A stretch of DNA of 64,000 bases from Balamuthia mandrillaris (lineage: Eukaryota), in NCBI GenBank assembly GCA_031835245.2, contig JAVKOQ020000109.1, positions 1 to 64,000 of the forward strand, read 5' to 3'. The position numbers were made by a program, and so were the translations under genes. The notes under the pieces were generated by a model. That model was given only the letters and a program-made list of their open reading frames with translations. It did no database searches and was not told the origin of the DNA. This document shows, piece after piece, positions 13,147 through 25,591 of the stretch; position 1 is the first letter of the stretch; the number at the start of each line of letters is the position of its first letter.

Positions 13147-15847
13147 TCATTCGGTTTGGGACCCGTTTGCCGCTTCTTCATCTTCATCGGCGGGGTCCAA
13201 CACGGTAATACCCAAGCGGATGGCTTTCTTTTCTCGGCTCTTGTCCTTCTTCTTCTTTCTTTTGTTTGATCGATGGCTGTTGTTGGTGTTGGAGGAACCC
13301 CCTCTTTTGTTGTTTGCCATGATGCCGGAGGACGATGAAATGCTGTCGCGGTAGACCTTCCACCAGTCCTTGCTCACAAATGTACAAAACACCAACCACC
13401 CTGTTTTGTTGTTCGTTCCTCTTGAGTTAGGAAAAATGAAACGAGAGAAGAGAGAAACAAAACGAGAGGGCAGAAAAGAGAGGAGAAGAGCAAAGCATGG
13501 AAGAAGAGAAACGAACCGAGACTGGACACTCCGATGGCTCGCAGGAAGACGAGAGGATAGTTGCTGACATCCTCCTCCAAGTGGCATTGATCCTTGTTCT
13601 CCTTGCCAAACTGAGCAGGGAAATAGAGGCAAGCCAAATAGTCAGCATACCCTTGCTCCACCTCCTCTTTGCTGGTCTGCACACGAATGGAATGGGCAAA
13701 GATGAAGCTGTACACCAGGAGGAAGACCAGGACAAAGCAACCCACTCTCAGGTTGCTTTTCAGCAGCTCCGTTCTTCCGGTTTGAATGATGACGGTGGTG
13801 ATCTTGATGATGCAGAAGAGGAAGCTGAGGGTGCCGAGCAAGAGGCAGATGCTCATCGGCGCTGCCCAGAACAACCAAAAGAAGACTTCCCCTCCTTCAT
13901 CCACGCTCACAAAGCAACTGACGAAGAAAAGAGGTTAGAAGCCGAGCACCATGGACGTAAGAAGAGGAAAAAGAAGCAGAAAAGATGAAATAATGGAAGA
14001 ACAAGGTACTATGTATCGCCAGAAGAAAAAATAATCTTGTCGGCAACAGCGGGTATAAAGGAGAACAACGCGGATACACCCCAAGCTAGCGGGTGAAAGA
14101 TAAGCTGCAACCTAAAACCTAAGTTATCTCTCCACGTAATTGGAAGCAGCTCGCGCAGCCACAGATGAACTACCATGTTGATTGCGATCAAGAACCACCT
14201 TATAATAACAACATACGTTATAGCAGAGTGCGACAGACGAAGAAAAAGAGAGTCCAACAAGAAAGGATGCTGGTACCATAAAGTGGCTCCAAGAATGCCA
14301 AACATGAGCAAAAAACCTTTTTTCAAAAAATAGCGTTACCAATGCAACAAGTTAAAACACGCAAATTGAAGAAACTGAACACCAAAACAACAAAAACTAG
14401 TTGCACTCACCTTGAAGTGTACATAACGAACTCTTGACGTATAATGAGTCAGCATTTTTGACAGACGTATGGGTGGTATTGGCTGTTATGCCAAAGGAAT
14501 ATAACTCATCGCCGCACCACACCTGCTCCTCTCCGATCATGGTGGCCAAGCAGAGGCCTCCCGCTGCAATGTTGGCGCTGATGGCCACCATCACCACCAA
14601 GTTGGCTGGAAACTTTCGAAGCGTTGGGCTCAGCACGAACGTTATTCCCATTACTGCTGTTGTTGCCTTTATGTTGTTTGGTAGAGAAGTTAATAGAAAT
14701 AAATAGAGAAAGGCGAATGCGGAAGGAAAACGAAACGAGAAAACGCTGAAGAGAAAGAGAGGACAAAAGAGAATAATAAGAGATGGTCGGCGGGCAGGGG
14801 AGAAGAGTACAAGTGACAGCCATGCAAGCACTGCCTGAGTGATCTTCACGGCATCATACTCCTCCTCCGAAAAAGTTGGCAATGGACATTCAAAAGCACA
14901 CCCATTGCCATCGCTGTCGTCGACCAACGGGCTTTGGCAAGTCAAGTCTATGACTCCTGCTTTGGGGGCATTGCACTGCAACAAGAGGTCACCGTAAAGA
15001 GGTGAAGAGACGTTGTAATGGTCATCGCTGGGGAAGAAAAGAGTGTCGTTGGCGTAAAGGTCAGTTATGTTACATTGGAGGTTGTTTATCATTTCTCTCT
15101 CGGGAAGGAAGGTGATGAGGCCAGAAGCGATGTTGGTTCCCGCAAAGACTGTTCCACAATACTTCACTGTAGAATGGCAGCAACGAAATCAGCAACGAAA
15201 GAATAGGGAAGGAAGAAAGAAAGCAGATATAGAAGCAGGAGAAAGAATGGTAGTCTAGTTCAGAAGAAAGAAGCGAGGAAGATAGCATACAGTGATCAGT
15301 GCAAAGATATTTACAAGGTTGCACAGGCCATGGAATGGTTTCTTTGGGTATCCACGCACAGCACAAAGGTCAGAAGAAGAAGAAGAAGAGGGAGTAGGAA
15401 AAGGAGGCCAAGCGAAACCATTCATTGCGTTGCGAGCACAGGGCCGAAAATGAGTGGCACAACAAGACTTGGTGCCGGCCAGTCTGCATTCTGGATTGAC
15501 GTTACCGTTATTGTGGTTGATGACAGCGTTGCTCAAACTCCGAACCCGGTTGACCAAAAACTCCCAAGTCACATCCCCTGCTATGAATATCGGTGTGCCC
15601 TCTGTTGTTTGTTTTCGTTTGTGCCAAGAGGTGTCAGCAGATAACAGAAGGAGAAACAAGAGAACAAAAGATAACAACACAAACCAGGATAGTCCAGCAC
15701 GTCTGCACAGACCGCAACATCGGCGGAGAGGTAGGGAGCGCAGTAAGGCTCATGCAGGTCGTTGGTCCATGCCGTGCCCTCTACACTTGCTGCGTGCAGC
15801 GCGGTGATGAGCGTTACACAAAAGAAAACGCCTGTTACCGCTTCCAT
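13147..15847 (-). CDS. Frizzled/Smoothened-like GPCR, copy C
   Basis: Same architecture. The 5' half is more diverged; the 3' exons are nearly identical to copies A/B. Confidence 0.85.
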
Positions 15848-16239
15848 GATATTTGCTAATAACATTTTGTTCTTCGTTCTTCTTCTTCTTGCTCCTCCTT
15901 TTTCTTCCTTTACTTGGTCTCTCTCTCTCTCTTTGTTTGCTTGTTTACGTTTCTTCTTCTCAAGTCGGCCGGAATACCCCGGAAAGGATCCTAGGCAAGG
16001 TCACGTGGACCAGCTACCACCCCATGTGACGTGATCCAACCAATATATTGACAGGCAACCAACCGGAAGAGGGCCAGAGAGAAGAAAGTGTTCCGATCCT
16101 CCTTTCTTGGGTTCTACTCATGTGCTTCCCACGCCGGCATCCGTCATCGGAGGACCAGGAAAGGTTGGGCTCCCAACTGTGTTAGCCATGTGTTATGTCC
16201 TTCCTTTTCGTCCCGCAACCCGGCGGTGCCATTACGCTC

Positions 16240-16515
16240 TCTCCTCACTTCTCTCTCGTCGTTCTTTCTTCGCTTCATCGTTCTCTCTTCTTGTCTTCAA
16301 TTCTCTTTCTCTCTCTCCTTTCTTTTCTCTTGTCGCCTCGCTCTCCTCTCCCTTTTATCCCTCTCACTTCTCCTCTCTCTCTCTCTCTCTCTCTCTCCAT
16401 TCTTTTCTCTTGGCACCTCGCTCTCCTCTCCCTTTTATCTCTCTCACTTCTCCTCTCTCCTCTCCTCTCTTTTCTCTCCTCTCTCCTCTCCTCTCTCCTC
16501 TCCTCTCTCCTCTCT
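16240..16515 (+). repeat. Polypyrimidine (CT/TCTCC) low-complexity tract
   Basis: About 280 bp almost entirely C/T, with an internally repeated unit cctcgctctcctctccct(t)ttatc. Confidence 0.8.
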
Positions 16516-16696
16516 GCTCCTGTTGATGTTTTGCCGATAAATAACGAGCCAATTTATCGATAGTTGACGAGAATAGTTTGACCAGGGATAAGCATAAGCA
16601 CGCAAAAAGGAAATTTTTAAACCAAATAAAAAAGAAGAAACGAAAAAGAGCGAAATAACGTAGCGTGCCTGCAACGAAGCAACCAACAAACAAACG

Positions 16697-18087
16697 ATGC
16701 ACCCAGACGTCTCTGATCCCTCTCTCTTGGACGCGTTTGAAGATGTACGAAACGACGCCACCCCCACTAACTGGTAAAAAATTTATTTTTTCGTTTCCAC
16801 CCATCTCGGTGCCTTTCAATCGTTTTATTTATTATATTGCACTCGTGCTATTGTTAAAAAAACAAACAAACAAAGGGTGATCTATACCTACAAGCCACGT
16901 TCGGACAGCATCAAAGTGCAATCCACCGGCACCGGCGACCTCAAAGAAATGCTGGAGGAGCTGGGCGAGGGCAAAGTGCAGTACTGCTTCATCCGCTTCA
17001 ACCTCAACGGCACCTTCAAGTTTGTCTACATCGCGTGGTGCGGCGAGGGAGTGAGTGGCATGAGGAGGGGCTCCTTCGCCAACCACGCTGTTGACATGAG
17101 CAAGTTCCTCACCGGCTTCCACGTGCAGATCAACGCGCGCGCCTGGGAGGACATAAACGAGCAGGACATTTTGGCTCGCCTTAAGAAAGCGACGGGCTCG
17201 CATGGTCGGCAGAGCGTTAAGGCTCGTTTCCAGGGTCAAGCCTCTGAAGGTTGGTTTGTTTGTTGGTTCAGGGTTGGTTGTTTCTGTCGGCTGTTGTTTG
17301 CTGATAAAGAGAGACGAAAATAGGAGTAACACCACAAAGCGTGAGCGTGGCGAAGCAGATGCACGAACAAGAGCAAGAGAAGTCGGGACAGGTTCAAGTG
17401 GAGAACAAGAAAGAGCTGGTGGACAAGCAGGCCTCGGAGCAATTTTGGGAGAAACAGAGGGAGGTGGATGAGCAGACCAGCAAGGACAATGCCTACGTCC
17501 CTCAACGTGAAGCCTCCTGGAAAGCTTCAGGCAGCGGTGATGCATCTGGAGGATCCATTGGGAAGGTATCTTGTGTTCTTCATTCTTCTTTCCTCCTTTT
17601 TCTTCTCATTTTTCTTTTCGTACTATAGAAATGGGAGCAGCAGCATACTCAGGAGGAGCAAGCCCCTACACCTTCATCTTCTTACGTGCCTCCACAACAA
17701 CAAGAAGAACCAGCAACTTCTTACGATGACTCTGCTTCTTCGTTCACTCAACAAGAAGAGGAACCATCTTATGAAGCTGAAGCCCAACCACAAGAGCAAG
17801 GCGAAGAAGACTCAGGGCAATACGGAAATGAAGAAGAAGGAGCACAAGAGGAAGAATACTATGACGAAGGAGGTGAAGACGGAGAAGGAGAAGCAGTGGA
17901 GGCTGTTCCGACCGGAACTCAATGCAAAGCTCTCTACGACTATCCAGGACAGAACGAGGGCGATCTGGCCTTTAGCATGGGTGACCTCATCACCGTGTTG
18001 GACTCCACCGACCCCAGCGGATGGTGGCAAGGAGACCTCAACGGCATGCAAGGGTACTTCCCTTCCAACTTTGTTGAGTTGGTTTAA
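16697..18087 (+). CDS. Abp1/drebrin-like actin-binding protein (ADF-H domain, acidic linker, C-terminal SH3)
   Basis: First exon MHPDVSDP...VRNDATPTNW. ADF-H motifs KFVYIAWCGEGV and FHVQINAR. SH3 ALYDY...DLAF...GWWQG...GYFPSNFVE. Confidence 0.93.
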
Positions 18088-18176
18088 AGAGTGTTCTCTT
18101 TTCATGTTTTGTATTATGTTTGATGCATTCGCATCATCAACAGGGAGGAAAACAACGTTTTGTTGCTTTTCTCTTT

Positions 18177-20625
18177 TTACCACTCGTCTACATCACAAAC
18201 GGATAGTACGTCTTTGAGCTTTTCTATTTCTTCTGCGTTTCGTCGTTGTTGTGCCTCTTCCAAACACCGTTTCAAAATCATGACCTCCATTTGTCGCTCC
18301 GTCTCTTCTTCTTTGTCCTTTTGTTTCGTGGCTGCACAGTTCGCTCTTTGTAAGAGGGTTTTGTAGGTTGAAAGAAGTGATGAGGGCGATGAAGAAGATG
18401 GAACAAGTTGGCGCCAGCTTAACCAATGCTCGCATGCCTCGTCTTGTTTGCCGGAGCGCCAAAGAGCTAATGAGGTGTTATAGTTGGTTGCTCTTTGTAG
18501 AATATTGCTGTCGTGCTCAGGTAAAGAAGACGATGCGGCTGCGTGCAACGAGAGCAAAGCTTCTTCTGCGCGACTTAGCCGCAGAAGAAGGGCCGCTCTG
18601 TTGTTGTGAGTTTGTTTCTTTTTGGAAAAGGAGAAACAGTAAGTCAAATATAAACGAGAGAAAAAAAAGACTAGCAGAAAGGAAATGGAAAAGAAAAGAA
18701 AGGAGTGTAAGAGGAAGAAGAAGAATAAACCAGGAGAGCTCTTCTATTTTCCTCGGTGAGAGATGGAGTGGCAGGATGGTTCGATAATAATGCCAAGGCT
18801 TGGTCCAAGCAATGAAGAGCGGGCAATAGATGACCGAGCGAATGCAGCGAAGAAGCTCTATGAAGTATCATTACAATATCGTCAGGATAACAAGAAAGAA
18901 CGTGGTTACAAATCCGAAGGGCTTCCTCATAGGCACTCGACTTGACGAGCGCCAACGTAAATTGTTGAAAGATTGTCAAAGGTTCCACCACGTTTCCTTT
19001 CTTTGTTTTTGGGTGAAGATAAGAAATGAGAAAGGGATAAAAATAGAAAACAAGCCAAACCATCAACAAGTGCAACGTCGCTGCAGATGAACCAGTTAAC
19101 AGTTTCCGATAGCGTTCTGCAGCTTCAGCGTACTTGTGTTGGGCGAGAAAAGCCACGGTTTGGAAGTATTCCACGAAGGTTAAATTGACACTGCCTTCTG
19201 GTAACGTTGCTGCTGTGTTGGCCTGGAACGTACTGCGTTCTTGCGGCTTCCGCCATTCGGTTTCTGGATTGATGCTTGCTTTGAGATGTTGTTGCTCTCT
19301 TTGACGCTAATTATCTGGTTAGAAGAGAAAGGAAGGCTAGAGAGGGTACAAGGAAGATAGAGAAAGAGAATGAATGGAGGGAAGAGTATTACTTGCAGGA
19401 AATGTTCAGAGAGGCAGTAAAGCATATTTTCATGAGAAGTATAATCTCCAAGTCTAGCATACATACTTGCCACGTTCAACGTAACGCTCTCCATTTCTAT
19501 AGAAATACGTTCTGCTTTGCTTTCGTTCCTATTCCTTCGCTCAAGCATAATCAGCTCTCCATCATTTTCTTCGTTTGCTTTATCTTTGTTATTTGCTTCT
19601 CGTTTGGATTCATCGTCTAATGTGCGCAACGCGGTTTGAAACATGGCTAACGCCTCACCATTTGACTGATCGTTCATGAAAGCATCGCAGATGGCCATCA
19701 TGTTGAGACAGTTAATTGGACGATAACCGCCCGAGTAAATGCGACTGACGTTTCGAAAGACTTCAGAACTGTCTTCTATTTTTCCTGCTTCGAAGAGTAA
19801 ACATCCTATTTTTATTTTTTTGCAATACGATACAATAGTGAGCACGAGGAAAGAAGAAGGCAAAGAAAAGAAAGAAGGAAAACCTTGAAGAAAAAGAGCA
19901 GGGCAAAAATAAGAATCAAAAGCTAGGCTGTGACTTAATTGTTGCAAGGCTTCCGTCTTTTGTCCTTCCATCCATAACAGATATGCAAATAGAAATGGAG
20001 GAACATGTGCTCCATAACCTCTTCTAAGTCGTGTATTCTCTTCTCCTTTGCTATCTTCGGTTGTGCAAGAAAAGGCTCGTGCAGCAACTGTTGCCAACAT
20101 ATTTGCTATCGGTCGCATCATCAACAGAGAAGAAGAAGAAGAAGAAGAAGAAGAAGAAGAAGAACAAGAAGAATTGGCGAGGTATTTGTTAGGACAAAGG
20201 ATAGGTAGGACGAGAAGGAGGCTGATGAGTTGTTGCATAAGAATGCTTATTTCTAGCCATCGTTCCTTTTGTTGGTCATTTGCTTCTGTGATTTCTTCAT
20301 CTGACTTTATGATACATTCCAAAACTTCAAGTGCTGCGTTCAAAGTTATGTTTTCTGCTGCTTTCTCCGTTTCCTTTGTTACAACAGCACTTGTTGTTGA
20401 CGTTCGTTTTCTTTTTCTTGTATTTTTTGTTGTTCTTCTATTTTTTCTTCTTCCAGAGAAAAACAGAAGGGCTTGCTTTAAGACCATGTCGAGAGTTTCC
20501 AAGCAACACTCGTGCTTGTCAGCACTCAAAAGGCATAAGCACTTGTCTAATAAAAGGCCTAACTGAACTCGAAAAACCTCTTCTTCCTCCTCTTCTTTCT
20601 CAGCTTGACTAATTGTAAAATCCAT
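18177..20625 (-). CDS. TPR-repeat protein (multi-exon)
   Basis: Helical repeats such as YEEALRICNHVLSCYP, LLPALHCLDQAL, YAEAAERYRKLL and ALAMFQTAL, spread over several ORF blocks. Confidence 0.7.
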
Positions 20626-20947
20626 TCTTTCTTTTGGTCGTTGGCTCGCTGCTGAGTTTTAAAAAAACATGTTAAGAAGACTTGTTAGCTAAAGAAAAGC
20701 AACGGAAGAAAGGAACAATTAGAGAGAAAAAACGAACGTTCTTCTAAAGATAAGAGCAACGTATCAAACTTAAAAGAAAGGAGAAACGGCGTTTGGCGCG
20801 TATCTCTTCTGTGTAATGCTTCAGATAGTAGACAAACTTGTTCATTGGCATCCAGCATGACTGTTCTTAAATAAACTATGGTAAGATCGGCTGAAAACTT
20901 CAATGAAACAAAAGAAAAAGTACAACAACAGAATGAAGAAAGAGAGC

Positions 20948-20989
<42 letters not shown>

Positions 20990-21031
20990 CAGAGAAGGAG
21001 GAAGCAAACGAACTTGAAAGAAGGTGAGGGG

Positions 21032-22241
21032 CTAATGGGGACAAGGAGCAATCCTCTGTCGACCATCGCTGTAGCTTCTCTTTGAATATAGGGTTGAAAG
21101 CACTGATATCAGTAACAGATAGAAGAAGAAGAAGAACAAGAAGAAAGATGAAAGAAGAAACGAACGGACGAAGACGAGAAGACAGAAAGGAGTACCAGCA
21201 GCAGAACGAAGCAGCCACAAGGAAGAGCTGGATAGTGGTTGAGAACGAAGCAATGGAAGAGCAGCAAGCCACCACTCCAAGTGACACTGAACATAACCCA
21301 TCGAGCACTGGGTTCGTATTGGTGTACAAAAAAAAAGGACAAAAAGGTTAGTGGAAAAACCAACAACCTTAAAACCTCTTATGCATACGTTGGTAAAGTC
21401 GATGTTGTGGGTAGCGATCTGATGTTGAGGAGCAGAAGAAGAAGGTTCACTCCATTCAACAGAGGCTCGATTCTCCAGATGAAGCAGCTGATCGATCAAC
21501 TGCTCCACAGCCGCAAACTCCCGCTGGACGACGGCCAGCCTGCGCACGGCCTCCAACAACAGCACCACATGAGCCCTTCTTGCCTTGCGCTTCTTCTTCG
21601 CCTCCGCTACTCTCTTTGTCTCCATATTTTTTCTTTTTGCTTCGCACACGTCCGAGCACAAGAGTTGCACCCTTTGTGCTGTTAAAATACAAGTCAGAAC
21701 AAATGCTGCACCGTTCGTGCTACGGGTGAGCAGCGTAAGGCAATAGCTGCTCAAAAGCTGCACCGTTCGTGCCCAAGAAACACCATCCCACAATCGAAAA
21801 CATCCTCAGCAAAGTCGACATTTAAAGGGGAAGAGAGCGGAGGAAGAAAGTTTGCTGGACTGAACTTGGATGGTTCTGGGTGCAGGCTTCAAACCTGTAG
21901 ATGCAGAGATGCATAGTGGTTCGATTCCACCTGGCCAGCGTTTTGTTATTTTTTTGGTTATCGCTGGGACCACCAGTCACTTCCTTTCTTCCTCTTTGAA
22001 GGGTTCGCAAAGACCTGTGGAGCACAAAGTCGCTTTGGGTGGTGCGTAGACGAGCAGGACACCGCCCTACATCTTGAATCACGGACCTGGCTTTGTGCGC
22101 CGTCAAACCGATGACAACAGAATGCAGCGCTGCACTTGCCAGTAGTAGGCCAAACAACTGGGAGGTGGCCTCAAACCTGCAGATGCAGAGGAGATGCATA
22201 GTGGTTCGATTCCACCCGACTAGCGTTCTGAACGTCTTCAT
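21032..22241 (-). CDS. Possible uncharacterised gene or gene remnant
   Basis: Coding-like ORF blocks (METKRVAEAKKK...QLIDQLLHLE). No recognisable domain; exon structure unclear. Confidence 0.3.
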
Positions 22242-22288
22242 TAGTTTAAACTAATTATTTTTATTTCTCTTTTTCTCTTCACTCTCTG

Positions 22289-22324
<36 letters not shown>

Positions 22325-22339
22325 GCTTTGCAATTGTTA

Positions 22340-24827
22340 TCACTGGAGAAGACATGCACCCCCTTTCTCCTTTTTGGCTGGCACAGGAGGGAGCACTCCC
22401 AACGCCGCAGAGACGCACGTATCAAAGACTCGGTCCACGTTCATTCCACTGTAGGCACTGCAGATCACCAATGCCACCGCTTTTATTCTGTTTGGGAAAG
22501 TGAAAGAAACGGTGGTTGGGTTAAAAAACTCAACGCTGTTGCACATGCACATCAACTACAAGACAAACCTCTTTGCCACGGCTGCCGCTTGCTCCTCGGT
22601 AACGGGCCCTCCTCTTGGTGATGTTTTCGGATCGAGGCACCCGCCACGGAAGTCATCGTACTTCAAGCCAACCATCACGACCGGTACGCCTGGCGCGTAA
22701 CGGTGGACCTCTGGCTGCCACCGCTCGTCAATGGAGCATAGGCTGCACTGGTCACTCATGCTGAAGGCCAACAAGAATACATCACACCCTTGGTAGGAAA
22801 GCGGACGAAGGCGGGAATAGTCTCTTCCTCTGCTTGGTCAAATGGAGAGGAGAAACGAGAATGAGAAGATAGAAGAGAAGAGCAACAGGAGAAGACAAGC
22901 TCAATGCCAAAAGAGGAGGTAGATTTGAAGAAGCATACGCAGCAGTATCAAACAACGAAAGTTCCAGTCCTTCCATGAGTTCCGGTTGCGTGTTTCGGAT
23001 GCCGCTCAATTCGCCGTATATGGTTGGAACGTAGTCCTCAGGAAACCTTTTCTCCACATAGCGCATGCAAAGAGAGGTCTTGCCGATCCCACCGTCTCCA
23101 ACCAGCACCAGCTTTATCGTTCTGGGCGCAAACTTTTGCCATTCCTGCCTCATCTTCCTCTGTTCTTGTGTTCTATTGAGAAAGGATAAGCAGTGGAAGA
23201 GATGAAGAAGCAAGTGAAGAGCTAAGGACGATACTCACTGGAGAAATATTTGTTTAACTTGTTCCATGTAATTGCTGCTGCACTCGGGAGTACAGCTTTC
23301 ATCTTGATCACGAAGGGCTGGAACATGTTCCTTGGCAACGTCTTCCCACAGGTCATCATCCATGGATACCATTTCCCACAACTGTTTGTTCAGAAGAGTG
23401 TTAGTAGTGCATGCTCCTTCTCCCTGTTTCAAACCTGGTAGAGCACCTTGCAAACTTGGCTGACGGAGTACAATTCTCGGCTGGGCAAGTACGAAAAGAT
23501 CTTCAATGCTATTTCGTCAGGGAGAAACTTGCCCCACAGGTCTTCTCTGTCTGCGCGCACCACTCTCACTTTCCACAACTCGTTTGAGCCGCTCGCATCA
23601 CCATCATCCCCCTTCCTGCCTCCAAACCAAACAAAGTTCAAACCGTTCGCTTCCTCTTTCATTTTGGTCATTGTGTGAAACACTTTGCCTTCCGCTGGTA
23701 TTGCTGTCTGGCTTTCCTCTTCGTCCTCATCTTTATGCTTTTCTTTGTTTTTGTGTTTCACGTTGTTCAAATAGGTCACGATGTGCAGCACCGGTCCTCT
23801 CCATCTCCCCTCTTTGAACGAGTATTGCCACAAGTCGTCAAACGTTTTGCCTTTGTCTCGTCCTCCACTCACTAGCATCACGCCTTCTGTTTCATCCACA
23901 ACGGCAGCATGACCCCAGCGAGCTGCTGGCCCCCGTTGATCCATAATGCTGGCACCAGACGATGCTGAAGATGATGCAGAAGAAGACGATGAAGAAGAAT
24001 GGCAGGTCCATTGCCCAGTAGAACTTGACCATTTCCACAAGTCATCCAAGGCTTGCTCGTCCTCGGATTGTCCTCCAAACACATACATATCTCCTTCAAA
24101 CACAACAGCCGAATGATGCATCCTCGCTTTTGGCCGCTTCACCATTGCAGCTTTCTTCTTCGCTTCTTTATTTTCAACCACTTCCTCCTCGGTCCGCCAC
24201 GCCCCATCGCTCAGCTCCAAACACAACAGGTCATCGCACAACATACCCTCGGCGTCACATCCTCCAAAAAACACCGCCATCCCCAAGGACTCCATCCAAA
24301 CTCCGCTGTGCCCAAAACGAGCGCTCGCTTTGCCGTCGTTGTTGGTGTTCAAACTCTCCGACTTTTGAGATCGATAGTCCCAAAGAAGCACCTGCTTGCT
24401 GCAAAGGCGGTCGTCGTGGCACTGTTTACCCCCAAAGAGGAGAATGCATGGTTTGCCAGCCGAAGTGGTGATGTCTACCGCGCAATGACCATACCTGTGT
24501 TGTTGTTTATTCGCAGAGCCTAAAACCTGCCATCGGTTTTTCTCTACAGAGAAGCAATAGAGACGCCCACCTACAAGTAATATCGAAAGAAGGTGAGAAC
24601 AACGATTGTTTTGAAACAAAAAAAAAAAAGAGACCAGGAGAGGCAGCGGCGTGGTTGCGGCCGCCAAGGAGGATGAGCTGGTCGTGCCGAATGACAGCAG
24701 CATGCGAGTAGCGCGCCTCGGGTCCCTTTTTGGCGTGGACCTTTTGCCAGTAGGCCAAAAGGAGTCCTTTGTCTTCCTCTGCTGGTTCAGTTCTCGAGAA
24801 CTTTAAGTGCAGCGAACGCTTCAACAT
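22340..24827 (-). CDS. Kelch-repeat + F-box + Rho-family GTPase fusion with CAAX box
   Basis: Kelch repeats (R-x-x-H...FGG...DDLW). F-box FLPDEIALKIFSYLP...VSQVCK. G1 GDGGIGKT, effector loop YVPTI, RLRPLSY, G4 GLKYD, G5 CSA, C-terminal CLLQ*. Confidence 0.88.
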
Positions 24828-24993
24828 TGGACCTCCTTCGTTGCTATTTGTTTTGTTTGAAGCAATATAAACCAATATTTAATTAATACACCTCAACCCT
24901 GCGGCAAGAAGGAAAGGAAGGAAGCTCTAGAAACATCAAACAAGCCAGAAGAGGAGACACACTGTTTGATGAAAAACTTAAATAAATATAGTA

Positions 24994-25265
24994 TTATTTG
25001 CACCCATCTCGCAACCACTCGACAATCTTTGTGTGTCCATTTTTTGCGGCCACCGCAGCGGTGCGCCTGCCAGAGGGACAGCCGTTCCGCATGGCCCACT
25101 GCAACAACTCCAAATGTCCGTTCGCCGCTGCGTTGCTGCAAACCAACGAGTTCCAAGGGCATCCGTGGGCAAGAGAACAAGGATGCAGCTGGAACGAAGC
25201 TACTTGCTCTTCGGCCGCATGGAATGGACATTTGGAGATATTGTCCATGGGCAAGAGAGCACGGA
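24994..25265 (-). pseudogene. Fragment of GCPW-type ankyrin repeat gene (frameshifted)
   Basis: NAAANGHLELLQWAMRNGCP and AAKNGHTKIVEWLRDG. Adjacent repeat-like DNA is out of frame or inverted, and there is no intact N-terminus. Confidence 0.65.
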
Positions 25266-25516
25266 TGCCCTCTGTTATTGTGGTGGTGATGCAGCATTCT
25301 TCTTCGAAGCAGCGGTGGTCCCTTTTATTCTTATGGTTTAGAGCCGACAATTCTTTCCAAGAAAAATTTTATTTCTGTGTTTTATTCCTCGAGGGAATTC
25401 TCCTCAACGACCACACATGACCACACCCCCAGTCAATGTTCATCCACGCTCGTGTGGTGCAGTTGGCGCCGCCCCTTGTTGTATATGTGGTTCCACAGAA
25501 GAACAACAATAATAAA

Positions 25517-25554
<38 letters not shown>

Positions 25555-25591
25555 CTTATAAGAAAACGAAACAGATCAACGGAACAATGCA

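Noticed and set aside
16088..16563. Leu/Ser-rich ORFs
   Set aside because: Arise from the CT low-complexity tract.
18177..20625. Specific naming of the TPR protein (e.g. FANCG-like)
   Set aside because: Only generic TPR features are visible; no diagnostic motif I can support.
21915..21932. Possible tRNA gene (GGTTCGATTCC)
   Set aside because: No acceptor, D or anticodon stems could be built; not called as tRNA.
23429..24703. Kelch protein as a RAG2-like partner of the transposase
   Set aside because: It is 20 kb outside the element and fused to F-box/Rho, with no PHD.
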